Shown here: positions 18,745 to 27,620 of the stretch, in pieces
How the letters are laid out: each line of letters opens with the position of its first letter
How positions within the stretch are numbered: the stretch's first letter is position 1
Source of the DNA: Nitrospirota bacterium
Lineage (GTDB): Bacteria; Nitrospirota; UBA9217
DNA length: 64,000 nucleotides
NCBI GenBank assembly: GCA_963755045.1
Contig: CAVWIL010000006.1
Location: 74,664-138,663 of the forward strand
Direction: 5' to 3'
Program-made: the position numbers and the translations under genes
The notes under the pieces: generated by a model
What the model saw: the letters and a program-made list of their open reading frames with translations, nothing else
Told to the model about the DNA's origin: nothing
The model's database searches: none

Positions 18745-19258
18745 TCACGATCCTATTTTTTTTCTGCACCCCAGTTCACAGCTCCGCGCCGGGCAAGATT
18801 GCCGATACTGAAACAATCCTTTTCGAGCATCGCAGCACTTCCCCTCACCCGGGGACGGGATCGGCCGTGTCTGCCTGGCTTTGTGGCAGCATCGGTCTTT
18901 TCAACCTTATCATGCTTGTGCGGGAACCTGTTCATGGGATGCAGGGGCTTCTGGAAATGCAAAGATACGGGTCTCTCCCCAAACCCCGCAGAGGTTAATT
19001 CGCCACTGAATGGGGTAGGCCTTTTAAGTTCTGCCGTTCCCCTGCGCCGGGTAGCTCTGAGCGAAAGACACGCATAGCAATGCTGCACAGATCATAGTTA
19101 CGAGAACAAGACAAGGCAGACACGGCCGAGCCCTTTTTTAAAGGGCGAGGGTGGAGTGATGCGAGTCCTGCATATCAGGGTGGAGGTACTGTACATCTTC
19201 CCTGCATGCTGCGTGGCCGAGTGATGAGCTGCCCAAAAAAACAATGCACACGTGGGAC
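18745..19258 (-). repeat. Mosaic foldback repeat, copy C (inverted relative to copy B)
   Basis: The reverse complement aligns to both ends of copy B (19258-19213 vs 13295-13340; 18745-18780 vs 13860-13825) and to the middle module. It has an internal inverted duplication (about 18823-18872 vs 19118-19168, GGCAGACACGGCCGA...GAGGGTGGAGTG). Confidence 0.8.
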
Positions 19259-19549
19259 AAGTGCCAACTTAGATAACATTCAGGAAACAGCTTGTTTGAA
19301 ATGAAGAATAAATACGATACTTGTAATTATGTGACCCACATTAAAGTCAGACCCACAAATGTTAACCATAGAGCGCACGGAGAATGCCTTAGTCTATAGA
19401 GTATGAACCTCTGTGGCCTCCCCCCTCACCGTCTGCGCCCTTTTTTACAAATATCGAAAGATTTTTTCTCAGCGTTCTCTGTGGTTGCGTTTTATGTTTT
19501 TCTTTTTTACCGCTCATTTATCATGAAACTTTTTATCAGAAACAACATT

Positions 19550-19585
19550 GAGCAAAACAAAAGGGGATGATGTTGCCATCCCCTT
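19550..19585 (-). terminator. Rho-independent terminator downstream of the TRL-like lipoprotein genes
   Basis: Stem GGGGATG (19563-19569) pairs with CATCCCC (19577-19583). On the minus strand it is followed by TTTTGTTTTG. Confidence 0.55.
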
Positions 19586-19610
19586 GTTGAATTGCAACTA
19601 CGCATTTTTT

Positions 19611-19928
19611 CTACTTCCCATACACATGGACCGTGTATTGGTTCCATATCCTTAGGATGCTGAATATTTCCAGATCCGCATAATAGACTTTCTTCATCCC
19701 CTGTTGCTTTGATACTTCTCCAATCGCAGCGTTACCCCATGCTACGAGCCCAACCGAAGTGAAATAATAGGGGAATGCAATCACCTGAATGCTGCCTTCT
19801 TTTTCCACGCCGGACACGGAGGTCCGGTCCATGTCAACGGTCAGTGGCTCCACCGTGTGAACGTACACACATCCCGAAAGGGGCATCGTAAGAATCAACG
19901 CTATCACCAGTAAACGATAGGGCTTCAT
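19611..19928 (-). CDS. TRL-like small lipoprotein
   Basis: MKPYRLLVIALILTMPLSGC is a lipobox. The sequence continues VYVHTVEPLTVDMD...WGNAAIGEVSKQQGMKKVYYADLEIFSIL...HVYGK. It is a paralogue of the upstream gene. Confidence 0.6.
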   Translation of the reverse strand: MKPYRLLVIALILTMPLSGCVYVHTVEPLTVDMDRTSVSGVEKEGSIQVIAFPYYFTSVGLVAWGNAAIGEVSKQQGMKKVYYADLEIFSILRIWNQYTVHVYGK

Positions 19929-19941
19929 AAACAGGTCCTCC

Positions 19942-20238
19942 CTAGTCGCCATATACGATCGTAGTTGTCTCGGTGTAGGTGCCGAAAAAGACGCTGAATA
20001 TTTCCCTGTCCATGTGGTTCACGGTTGAAATGCCGCCGTTCTTGGCTGCTGCCGCAGTGCCTGCATCGCCCCAGGCAGCCACCCATAAAAGCGAGTAGGA
20101 CAGGGCTTTTCCGGTCTTCGCGCCGAGGACCGTCTTGTCCACGTTGGTGTCCAGAGGTGTCACAACATGTGCGTAAAAACACCCTGACAACAGAAACATG
20201 AAAACGAGCGCTGCGGCTACAATCCTTACTGGTCTCAT
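19942..20238 (-). CDS. TRL-like small lipoprotein
   Basis: MRPVRIVAAALVFMFLLSGC is a lipobox. The sequence continues FYAHVVTPLDTNVD...WGDAGTAAAAKNGGISTVNHMDREIFSVF...IVYGD. Confidence 0.6.
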   Translation of the reverse strand: MRPVRIVAAALVFMFLLSGCFYAHVVTPLDTNVDKTVLGAKTGKALSYSLLWVAAWGDAGTAAAAKNGGISTVNHMDREIFSVFFGTYTETTTIVYGD

Positions 20239-20319
20239 GGCAATCCTCCTTTATCGATTAATTCGCGCCGAATGGATCAATTATAGCACAGAATATATTA
20301 GAGCTACTCGGATTTTGGA

Positions 20320-21418
20320 TCAGCGTTGACCGAGAAAAGAGGTCATCTGCTTTTCAACAGACTCGATGCTTTCGAGCAGCCTGAACTGCACCCGGGCGCG
20401 GTGGAGATTGTGGGTCGGATATTGTATCTTGAAATAGGTGTCCCCCCGCAGATAGTCTGCAAGGAACCGGAGTCCGAGTTCGAAAGTGATCACCTTAACG
20501 GACTGGGGCAGGAGTTCGACCTCTTTTCTCGTAAGGAACGCTCCCGCTTCGCGAAGGTACCCTTCGGCGATGGCTTCGAAGAGCGTCATGTCGAGGTTGA
20601 CTGATCCGAGGTCCAACGCGTTCTCCCCTGCGGGGTTTGCTGCGGAGCGCACGCAGTCGCCGAAATCGAAGTGCACAATCCCGGGCATCACGGTATCCAG
20701 ATCGAGCATGCACAGGGCTTCCCCGCTCTCCTTATTGACCATGATGTTGTTCACCTTGGGATCGTTGTGCACAACCCGAAGCGGGAGCTCGTTCGACGCG
20801 ATGAGATCGGTCAGCCTTGCCGCAAGGCGTCTTCTCTTAAAAACGAATGCGATCTCAGGTCCGGTCCCCGCGACCCTGCCCCCGGCATCCGCGTCGACGG
20901 CATCGTCATAGGCCGCAAGATATTTCGGCGTGTAATGAAATCCCGGAATGGTGTCGTGCAACAAATCCGGCGACAGGCCGGAAACCAGCGACTGAAACCG
21001 GCCAACGCATCGACCGACTTCGTATGCGTGCTTCCTGTCCAGGACCGTATCGAAGACTATCCCGGACTCGATGAAATGGAACATGCGCCAGTACGCACCG
21101 TTATCATCGACAAGGAATGATCGTCCACTCCGGGTGTTGATGAGCGCGGGTGTCATTGCATAGGGATCAACGATGCCTTCTGCGCTCAATCGCCTGACCA
21201 TGTGCGTCGTCACGGTCTCCACGTTCCGCATCACCTGTTCCGGGTGCGTGAACACGGTCGTATTGATCCGCTGAAGGATGAATTTGCGGCGTTGTCCATC
21301 ATCGTCGAACTCGCAGAGATAGGTGTCGTTGATCAGGCCTGAGCCAAATCGTCCGGCGATAATGAAGGATCCGGGAATGGCGAATTGGGCGATGATGGGT
21401 GTCGAGCATATTCTTCAT
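20320..21418 (-). CDS. APH-fold phosphotransferase (NahK / sugar-kinase-like), one frameshift near the 5' end
   Basis: ORF 20320-21255 carries VVHNDPKVNNIMV (catalytic loop) and LDLDTVMPG (DxD). The N-terminus MKNMLDT|PIIAQFAIPGSFIIAGRFGSGLINDTYLCEF...ILQRINTTVF shifts frame at a C-run near 21395. Confidence 0.65.
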
Positions 21419-21491
21419 ATAATATCCGTTCGTGGTGAGCCTGTCGAACCACAATCCAATTATTTAATCATCGGTCCAGCCCATACACTTT

Positions 21492-21857
21492 TTACGAAGA
21501 TTTTCCGCTGCACGCTTTACTCTTCGCAAGCCTGCTTATCTCTACCCAATCTCCACGGATCAATGCTTCTTTTTTCTTTCGGCTCCATCCTTTTATTTGC
21601 CGTTCGCAAATAAGTGCCTCTAACCGCGTTGGGAAATCTTGTGAGAATGACAAGGTAATTGGAAGCCGCGTAGACGTATAACCGTGATACTCACCTGACT
21701 GATGTTGGCTTATTCGAGTTTCCAGGTTATCGGTGTGACCTGTATAGTACGAGCCGTCGGAGCATTTTAGTATATAGACCCAGAATGACAAAAGCAGACT
21801 CCTGATAAAAGCTTGTCCTTCGACAAGCTCAGGACGAAGCGGATATAAGAACTGCAT
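21492..21857 (-). CDS. GIY-YIG nuclease family protein (UPF0213-like)
   Basis: It reads FWVYILKCSDGSYYTGHTDNLETRISQHQSGEYHGYTSTRLP...ERQIKGWSRKKKEALI. The ORF track starts at ATG 21857, but the first ~22 codons (…LRPELVEGQ…) are a repeat hairpin. A TTG at 21791 (MSFWVYIL) is the more plausible start. Confidence 0.75.
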   Translation of the reverse strand: MQFLYPLRPELVEGQAFIRSLLLSFWVYILKCSDGSYYTGHTDNLETRISQHQSGEYHGYTSTRLPITLSFSQDFPTRLEALICERQIKGWSRKKKEALIRGDWVEISRLAKSKACSGKSS

Positions 21858-21988
21858 TCAACATTATCCGTTCATGGTGAGCGTTCGACTACGCCCACGC
21901 CGACGTCTTATCAAACCACAAGCCTCTCCTTTGACAGTCTCAGGATAAACGGTTCTTCAAAAGAAAGAACTATGAGATAATTCCTTTT

Positions 21989-22622
21989 CTACTTCTTCGC
22001 AACAATCAAAAAAACCGGAAACTCTTTTTCCCCTTTTCCCTCAACGTCTTTTATCATCGTCGTTGCCGTGGTATCACGAACATCGAGGAATCCGGCCGAC
22101 AGAAGAAGTTTTTTCAGGTGTCCGCGCTCAAAGCCCATGATGGAACACTCCGGTGTTGTCGCCATGGAACGATCCGTCTTCAGCATCAAGATCTGCAAAA
22201 CACACGTGCCCTCCCGGCAACAGAAGCTCCTTCCACTGTTTAAATAGTCCCACGATGTCCGGCACATGGTGCAGGGTCATGCTGCTCACGAGCAGATGGA
22301 ACCTGCCCTCGATGCGGCCGCCCCTCTCGAAATCGACAAGCCGCGTCGCAATGTTCTTGAGCCCCTGTGTCCTGATCTTTCCCTCCAGAACGCCGAGCAT
22401 TCCCTGCGAGCTGTCCGCACCAAGGATGGTCCTGACGAGAGGCTGCAGCCTCAGCGTGACCAGGCCTGTCCCGCATCCGAAGTCCAGCACATCCATGTCG
22501 CGCGAAGGCTTCGCCTCTCTGATGATCGCATCAGCCACCTCGTGCGCGAGCTTCACTCGTCCCGGGTTTGTATCCCATTGCTCTGCTTCCTTGTCGAAAT
22601 CTCTTTTCTCTTCCGATTGCAT
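21989..22622 (-). CDS. Class I SAM-dependent methyltransferase, one frameshift
   Basis: It reads MQSEEKRDFDKEAEQWD...VLDFGCGTGLVT (motif I)...LLPGGHVCFADLD (ORF 22128-22643). It continues in ORF 21989-22267: FERGHLKKLLLSAGFLDVRD... Confidence 0.75.
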
Positions 22623-22726
22623 TGATCGATTTCCTCTGACCAAAAGGACATCACAGCCTTAGGGACAACTTGATCCGGAAACGTTCACTATCCGGTACGG
22701 AGGGGCTTCCGCGAATGACGCTGCCT

Positions 22727-24358
22727 TCAGGGCTCACACACAATGTTCGAAAGCTCTTTTGAAAACGTTTCATAATTAGCTGAATAATCGATCGGACATT
22801 CTATAAGCACGACCGTTTTGAGCGAGAACGCCTTTCGCAGGAGTTCCGACAGGTTGTCCCCCTCCCCGACCTTCATCCCGACAGCCCCGTAGCTTTCCGC
22901 ATACTTCACAAAATCGGGGTTGCTGTAATCCGCACCGAAGCCGGCAAACCCCTTGTTCTTTTGTTCCCACTTGACGAACCCGAAAGCGTTGTCATTCAAA
23001 ATAAGGGCGACGATCGGGACATTATATCGCAGTGCGGTCTCCAGCTCCTGCGAGTTCATCATAAATCCGCCATCCCCGAGGACCGCAAGCACGCTTCTGT
23101 CGGGGCAGAGCATCTTGGCGGCGATGGCAGCGGGGAGGCCTGCGCCCATCGTGGCCAGCGCATTGTCCAGAATAAATGTGTTCGGCCGGTAGGTTTTGTA
23201 GAGCCGTGAAAACCAGAGTTTGTAAATGCCGTTGTCCAGAGTGAGGATGTCCTCTGCAGCCAGCACGTTCCGCACGTGCCATACTATTTCCTGGGGGGTC
23301 GGAGGATATCGCTTCGTTAAGTCGGTCGCGAGTTTTTTCTTCAGAAATTCCCGTATGGACTTGTAGACCTCTCCGCCCTGTTTTTTCACCCTCGACCCGA
23401 GCAGCAGCAGTGATGAGGATATATCTCCAATGACTTCGATTTCAGGATTGTAGTATTTGTCCAGTTCCGCCTCGGCAAAATCAATGTGGATGATCCTCTT
23501 GTGCATGTCCCTGTTCCATACGTAGGGAGGATATTCCACGATATTATACCCGACGGTGATGATCACGTCCGCCCGATCGATCCCGCAGTTGACGTAGTCA
23601 CGCCGGTGGATGCCGGTGGCGAAGAGACTATAAGGCGATTCATCGCTCAGCACGCCCTTGCCCATCTGGGTATGCACCACGTAGATGCCGGTCTTCTCCA
23701 CAAAATCCCTGATCTCGTTCGAGACTAATGTCCTGTTCGCCCCGGCAGAAAGGATCAGCAAGGGCTGCTTCGAGGAATTGATCAGTTCGGCGGCCCGGTC
23801 GATTGCGACAGGGTCGGGCATGGGCCTGCGCACATGTCCTTTTCGCTGGATCGGAGCGTCCGTCCCGCTTTCCGCGACGTCTTCGGGCAATTCCAGGTGG
23901 ACCGCTCCCGGCCGTTCCGCCTGCGCAAGTTTAAACGCATTTCTCACCACCGTGGGAATGGTGCTCGGATCGGCGATCTGGATGGAGTTTTTAGTGACCG
24001 GCTTCAGCAGATTCACCACGTCGATGAGCTGAAACCGCGCCTGCCAGTTGTCCCGGATCGCTTTCTGGCCGGTAATGGCCACCAGGGGGGCTCCGATGAG
24101 CTGGGCGTGCGCGATGCCGGTAACCAGGTTCGTGGCGCCCGGGCCCAGGGTGGAGAAACACACACCCGCCCTTCTCGTCAGCCGCCCGTAGGTGGCCGCC
24201 ATGAAGGCCGCAGCCTGCTCATGACGGGTGATGATCACCTTGATCGATGACGTGCGGAGCGATTCGAGAAAGTCGAGATTCTCCTCGCCCGGCAAGCCAA
24301 AGATATACTCGACCCCTTCTTCTTCCAGCTGTTTGACGAACAGATCGGATGCTTTCAT
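22727..24358 (-). CDS. Acetolactate synthase-like thiamine-diphosphate enzyme (catabolic AlsS type)
   Basis: This is an intact 543-aa ORF with N-terminus MKASDLFVKQLEEEGVEYIFGLPGEENLDFL...GPGATNLVTG and the TPP motif GDGGFMMNSQELET...NDNAFG. Confidence 0.8.
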   Translation of the reverse strand: MKASDLFVKQLEEEGVEYIFGLPGEENLDFLESLRTSSIKVIITRHEQAAAFMAATYGRLTRRAGVCFSTLGPGATNLVTGIAHAQLIGAPLVAITGQKAIRDNWQARFQLIDVVNLLKPVTKNSIQIADPSTIPTVVRNAFKLAQAERPGAVHLELPEDVAESGTDAPIQRKGHVRRPMPDPVAIDRAAELINSSKQPLLILSAGANRTLVSNEIRDFVEKTGIYVVHTQMGKGVLSDESPYSLFATGIHRRDYVNCGIDRADVIITVGYNIVEYPPYVWNRDMHKRIIHIDFAEAELDKYYNPEIEVIGDISSSLLLLGSRVKKQGGEVYKSIREFLKKKLATDLTKRYPPTPQEIVWHVRNVLAAEDILTLDNGIYKLWFSRLYKTYRPNTFILDNALATMGAGLPAAIAAKMLCPDRSVLAVLGDGGFMMNSQELETALRYNVPIVALILNDNAFGFVKWEQKNKGFAGFGADYSNPDFVKYAESYGAVGMKVGEGDNLSELLRKAFSLKTVVLIECPIDYSANYETFSKELSNIVCEP

Positions 24359-24472
24359 ACGGACTCCATGTAAAAATGCGGAGTGACGATGGACGTCCGC
24401 TCGCTTCGCTCGCTAGGACGATGGACGCGTACAACCATCACCTCGTCCGTCGTCCCTCGTCTCTCGCGCACC

Positions 24473-25877
24473 TTACTCCCTCACCACTACCGTTTTGATG
24501 TTCACGAACTCCTTTATCCCGTGATGCGACATTTCCCTGCCGACACCGGACTTTTTGACGCCGCCGAAGGGCAGCCGCGGGTCGGACTTCACCATGTCGT
24601 TGATGGTGACGGTACCTGACTCTATTCGCCCAGCAAGCCGCTCTGCTCGTTCATGGTTTCGGCTCCAGATGGCTGCGCCGAGACCATAGGCCGTGTTGTT
24701 CGCCACCTTGATCGCCTCGTCATCGTCTTTCACGATGATGATCGGGGCGATAGGGCCAAAGACCTCCTCGGTCATGATCTTCATGTTGGGTTTGGTATTG
24801 ACCACTGCACAGGGCGCAAAGAAGAATCCCTTTTTGAAGGTCCGGTCGACCTGCATGACCTTGCCGCCTTTTGCCTTCGCATCCCTGAGCTGTTCCTTGA
24901 GCCCGTCACGGATGTCCTTCCTGGCCAGCGGCCCGATGTCGGTCGACTCGTCCATGGGGTCGCCGACTTTCAGTTCCTTGAGCCTCGCCATAAAGTGCCT
25001 GGTGAAATCAGCGGCGACCTTTTCCATTACGATGAAACGCTTCGCCGCGATACAGCTCTGGCCCGCGTTGATCATCCGCGCATTGGCGGCCATTCTGCCG
25101 GCTTTCTCGATGTCGGCGTCGTCAAGTACGATATATGGGTCGGAACCCCCCTAGTTCGAGCACAAGCTTCTTGATCTTTCCGCCGGCATGGGCGCCGACC
25201 TCCGCTCCGGCGCGGTTACTGCCCGTGAGCGAAACCCCGTCCACCAGGTCATCGTCGATAAGCCGCAGGGTCTCGGGCACGTCGATGAGCACGGTCTTGA
25301 ACACGTTCTCCGGGAACCCGGCCTTTCTGAATGCCTCTTCAATGGCGAGGGCCGTCATCGGGACATTGGACGCGTGCTTGAGCAGTGCGGCATTGCCGGC
25401 AACGACTGCAGGAACGCCGAACCGGAAGGCCTGCCAGAACGGGAAGTTCCAGGGCATGATGGCCAGCACAACGCCGAGGGGCTGGTACATGACGTAGCTC
25501 TTCTTTGCTTCGGTCCTGATCTCTTCCGGTTTCAGGAACTGCTCTGCGTTGTCGGCATAGTAGTCCGCAAGCCAGGCGCACTTCTCGACCTCGGCAAGCG
25601 ACTCCTTGATGGCCTTGCCCATCTCTTTCGTGATGAGTTCGGCGTAGACCCGCTTCTCGGCCCTCAGCACCGCTGCGAGCTTCTTTGAATAGTTCGCCCG
25701 TTCCGCGACAGGGACGTCCCTCCACGCCAGAAAGGCCTTGCGGGATTCCTGCACCTGACGGTTCAACTCCGCTGCGGTCATAATCGGGAACTCTTTCATC
25801 ACCTCTTCGGTGAAAGGATTGATGGACTGTATTGTTTTCGGTTTTTTATTATATGATTGTAACGTTGCGGTCTTCAT
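24473..25877 (-). CDS. NAD(P)-dependent aldehyde dehydrogenase (succinate-semialdehyde dehydrogenase-like), frameshift in a G-run
   Basis: ORF 25122-26087 (from MKTATLQSYNKKPKTIQSINPF...WNFPFWQ...KKLVLELGG) continues in ORF 24473-25093 (...NAGQSCIAAKRF...EEVFGP...). The break is at CTAGGGGGGTTCC near 25141-25155, where G6 stands where G5 would restore ELGGSDPYIV. Confidence 0.8.
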
Positions 25878-26194
25878 TTTATTCACTCCCTTCTCCCGGG
25901 ATACTGTGCGCTTCTTCCGGGGGGAACTGTTTCTTCTTGCTTTTCTTGACTTTCTAGAGTCCTTCCTGTTGCCATGTGCGTCCTCCCTGAATTCATACAT
26001 AATGTCAAAATCCAAAACCCGAGATGATTTTGATAAGTTCGGGAGTGTCCTTTCAGCCCCCCTCTGAGTCCTCTTCAAGTTTCTCACTTCTTCATACTTG
26101 TTTTATGGAAAACTACTTGAGAGCACAAGATTGTTACTTCTCTTTTTTCTCAGTGTGCTCTGTGTTCATTTTCTCTCTTTCATTTTCATGAAAC

Positions 26195-27379
26195 TCATCT
26201 TCCCCTCTTTTCCATTGGCTCATACACACACCCCGTCTTTCCGCAATAATTGCCCGTATAATCGGACGACGGCCGATAGAGCGCCGGCTTCTCCTGGGCA
26301 TCGCCGAACTTTTCCTCGATGATATGCGACGTCCACCCTGCGATCCGTGACACGGCAAAGATCGGCGTCATCAGATCCCCCGAAAAGCCCATCATGTGGT
26401 AAACCGGTGCGCTGAAGAAATCGACATTGGGTTTGATCGTGGCCTTGCCCCGCTTCTCGAACTCGGACACAGCGCTATTCTCGATCAGACCGGACAGATT
26501 ACACCAATGCTCCTGACCGAGCTTCTTGCCCAGTCGGAAGCACATATCCTTCAGGAACGGCCCCCTCGGGTCGGTTGTCTTATACACAGCATGGCCCATG
26601 CCCATGATCTTCCTGCCGCTGTCCAACTGCCTCTTCACCCAGCCCGGCACATCCTTCTCGTCTTTCAGCTCAATGAGCATCTTCATTACCTGCGCGTTCG
26701 CCCCGCCGTGCAGGCTTCCGGACAGGGCGCCGACGCCGGCTGCCACAGCCGCATACATGTGCGCCTGCGTGGATGCGACCTCGCGGCACGCAAAGGTGGA
26801 TGCGTTGAACGAGTGGTCCGCGTGCAGCACGAGTGCCGTGTCGAGGTCTTTCGCTATTTCTGGGTCTGGCTTCTCGCCCGTCAGCTGCCATAAAAAATTA
26901 CCGGCATGGGACAACGCTTCATCGCTTGGAAGCGGCTCCTTGTCATGCCTGATCCTTTGCCAGGCAGCGACGATTGATGCGGTGCCGGCAATGAGCTTTA
27001 TGGCTTTTTTCATATTCGCTTCCCGCGACTCGTCAGTGAGCTCGGGGTCCGCAATGGCCAGCAGGGGGACCGAGGCCTGAAGCACATCCATGGGATGCGC
27101 CCCGTGCGGAAGGCTCTTGAGCGTGTTGAGGATGAAGCCCGGCACCTGTCGCGCCCGCACCAGCTGCCGGGTGAACTCCTCAAGACTGCTTGCAACCGGC
27201 AACGCGTCGTGCAGGAGCAGGTACGCCGTCTCCTCGAATGTCGCATTTTTCGCGAGGTCTTCGATGCGATATCCACGATAGATAAGGATCCCGTTCTCCC
27301 CGTCGACGTGGCTGATCTTCGTGTCCGCCACCTTCACGCCACGAAGGCCGATGTTCTTTGTTTTTGCAAGTTCGGCCAT
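26195..27379 (-). CDS. gltA: Citrate synthase (short, ~390-aa type; citrate vs 2-methylcitrate specificity not resolvable)
   Basis: It reads MAELAKTKNIGLRGVKVADTKISHVDGENGILIYRGYRIEDLA...LVLHADHSFNASTF...GSLHGGANAQV...MGMGHAVYKTTDPR. Confidence 0.85.
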   Translation of the reverse strand: MAELAKTKNIGLRGVKVADTKISHVDGENGILIYRGYRIEDLAKNATFEETAYLLLHDALPVASSLEEFTRQLVRARQVPGFILNTLKSLPHGAHPMDVLQASVPLLAIADPELTDESREANMKKAIKLIAGTASIVAAWQRIRHDKEPLPSDEALSHAGNFLWQLTGEKPDPEIAKDLDTALVLHADHSFNASTFACREVASTQAHMYAAVAAGVGALSGSLHGGANAQVMKMLIELKDEKDVPGWVKRQLDSGRKIMGMGHAVYKTTDPRGPFLKDMCFRLGKKLGQEHWCNLSGLIENSAVSEFEKRGKATIKPNVDFFSAPVYHMMGFSGDLMTPIFAVSRIAGWTSHIIEEKFGDAQEKPALYRPSSDYTGNYCGKTGCVYEPMEKRGR

Positions 27380-27450
27380 AATAACAGCCTCCATGACAAA
27401 ACTTCCCTGACACGGACCGATGCGGATTACTTTACGATTCCCATAACTCC

Positions 27451-27533
27451 GTCATTCCCGCAACGATTCTCAGCGGGAATCCAGTCTTTAGCCTTGGTTT
27501 CCTGGATCCCCGATAGATGCATTCGGGTATGAC
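27451..27533. repeat. Paired palindromic units (GTCATTCCCGC...GCGGGAATCCAG / CTGGATCCCCG...CGGGTATGAC) in the acn-gltA spacer
   Basis: There are two hairpin units, at 27451-27484 and 27502-33, in mutually inverted orientation. The same unit types occur at 50170-50245 and, as variants, inside repeats A and B. Confidence 0.75.
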
Positions 27534-27620
27534 GATCCGGTGGTACGGAAACGATTGCAAACAGCCTGTTATAATCCGCTTCAATCATAGGCAAGTCCGC
27601 CTCTTCAGTGTCAAAAGGTT

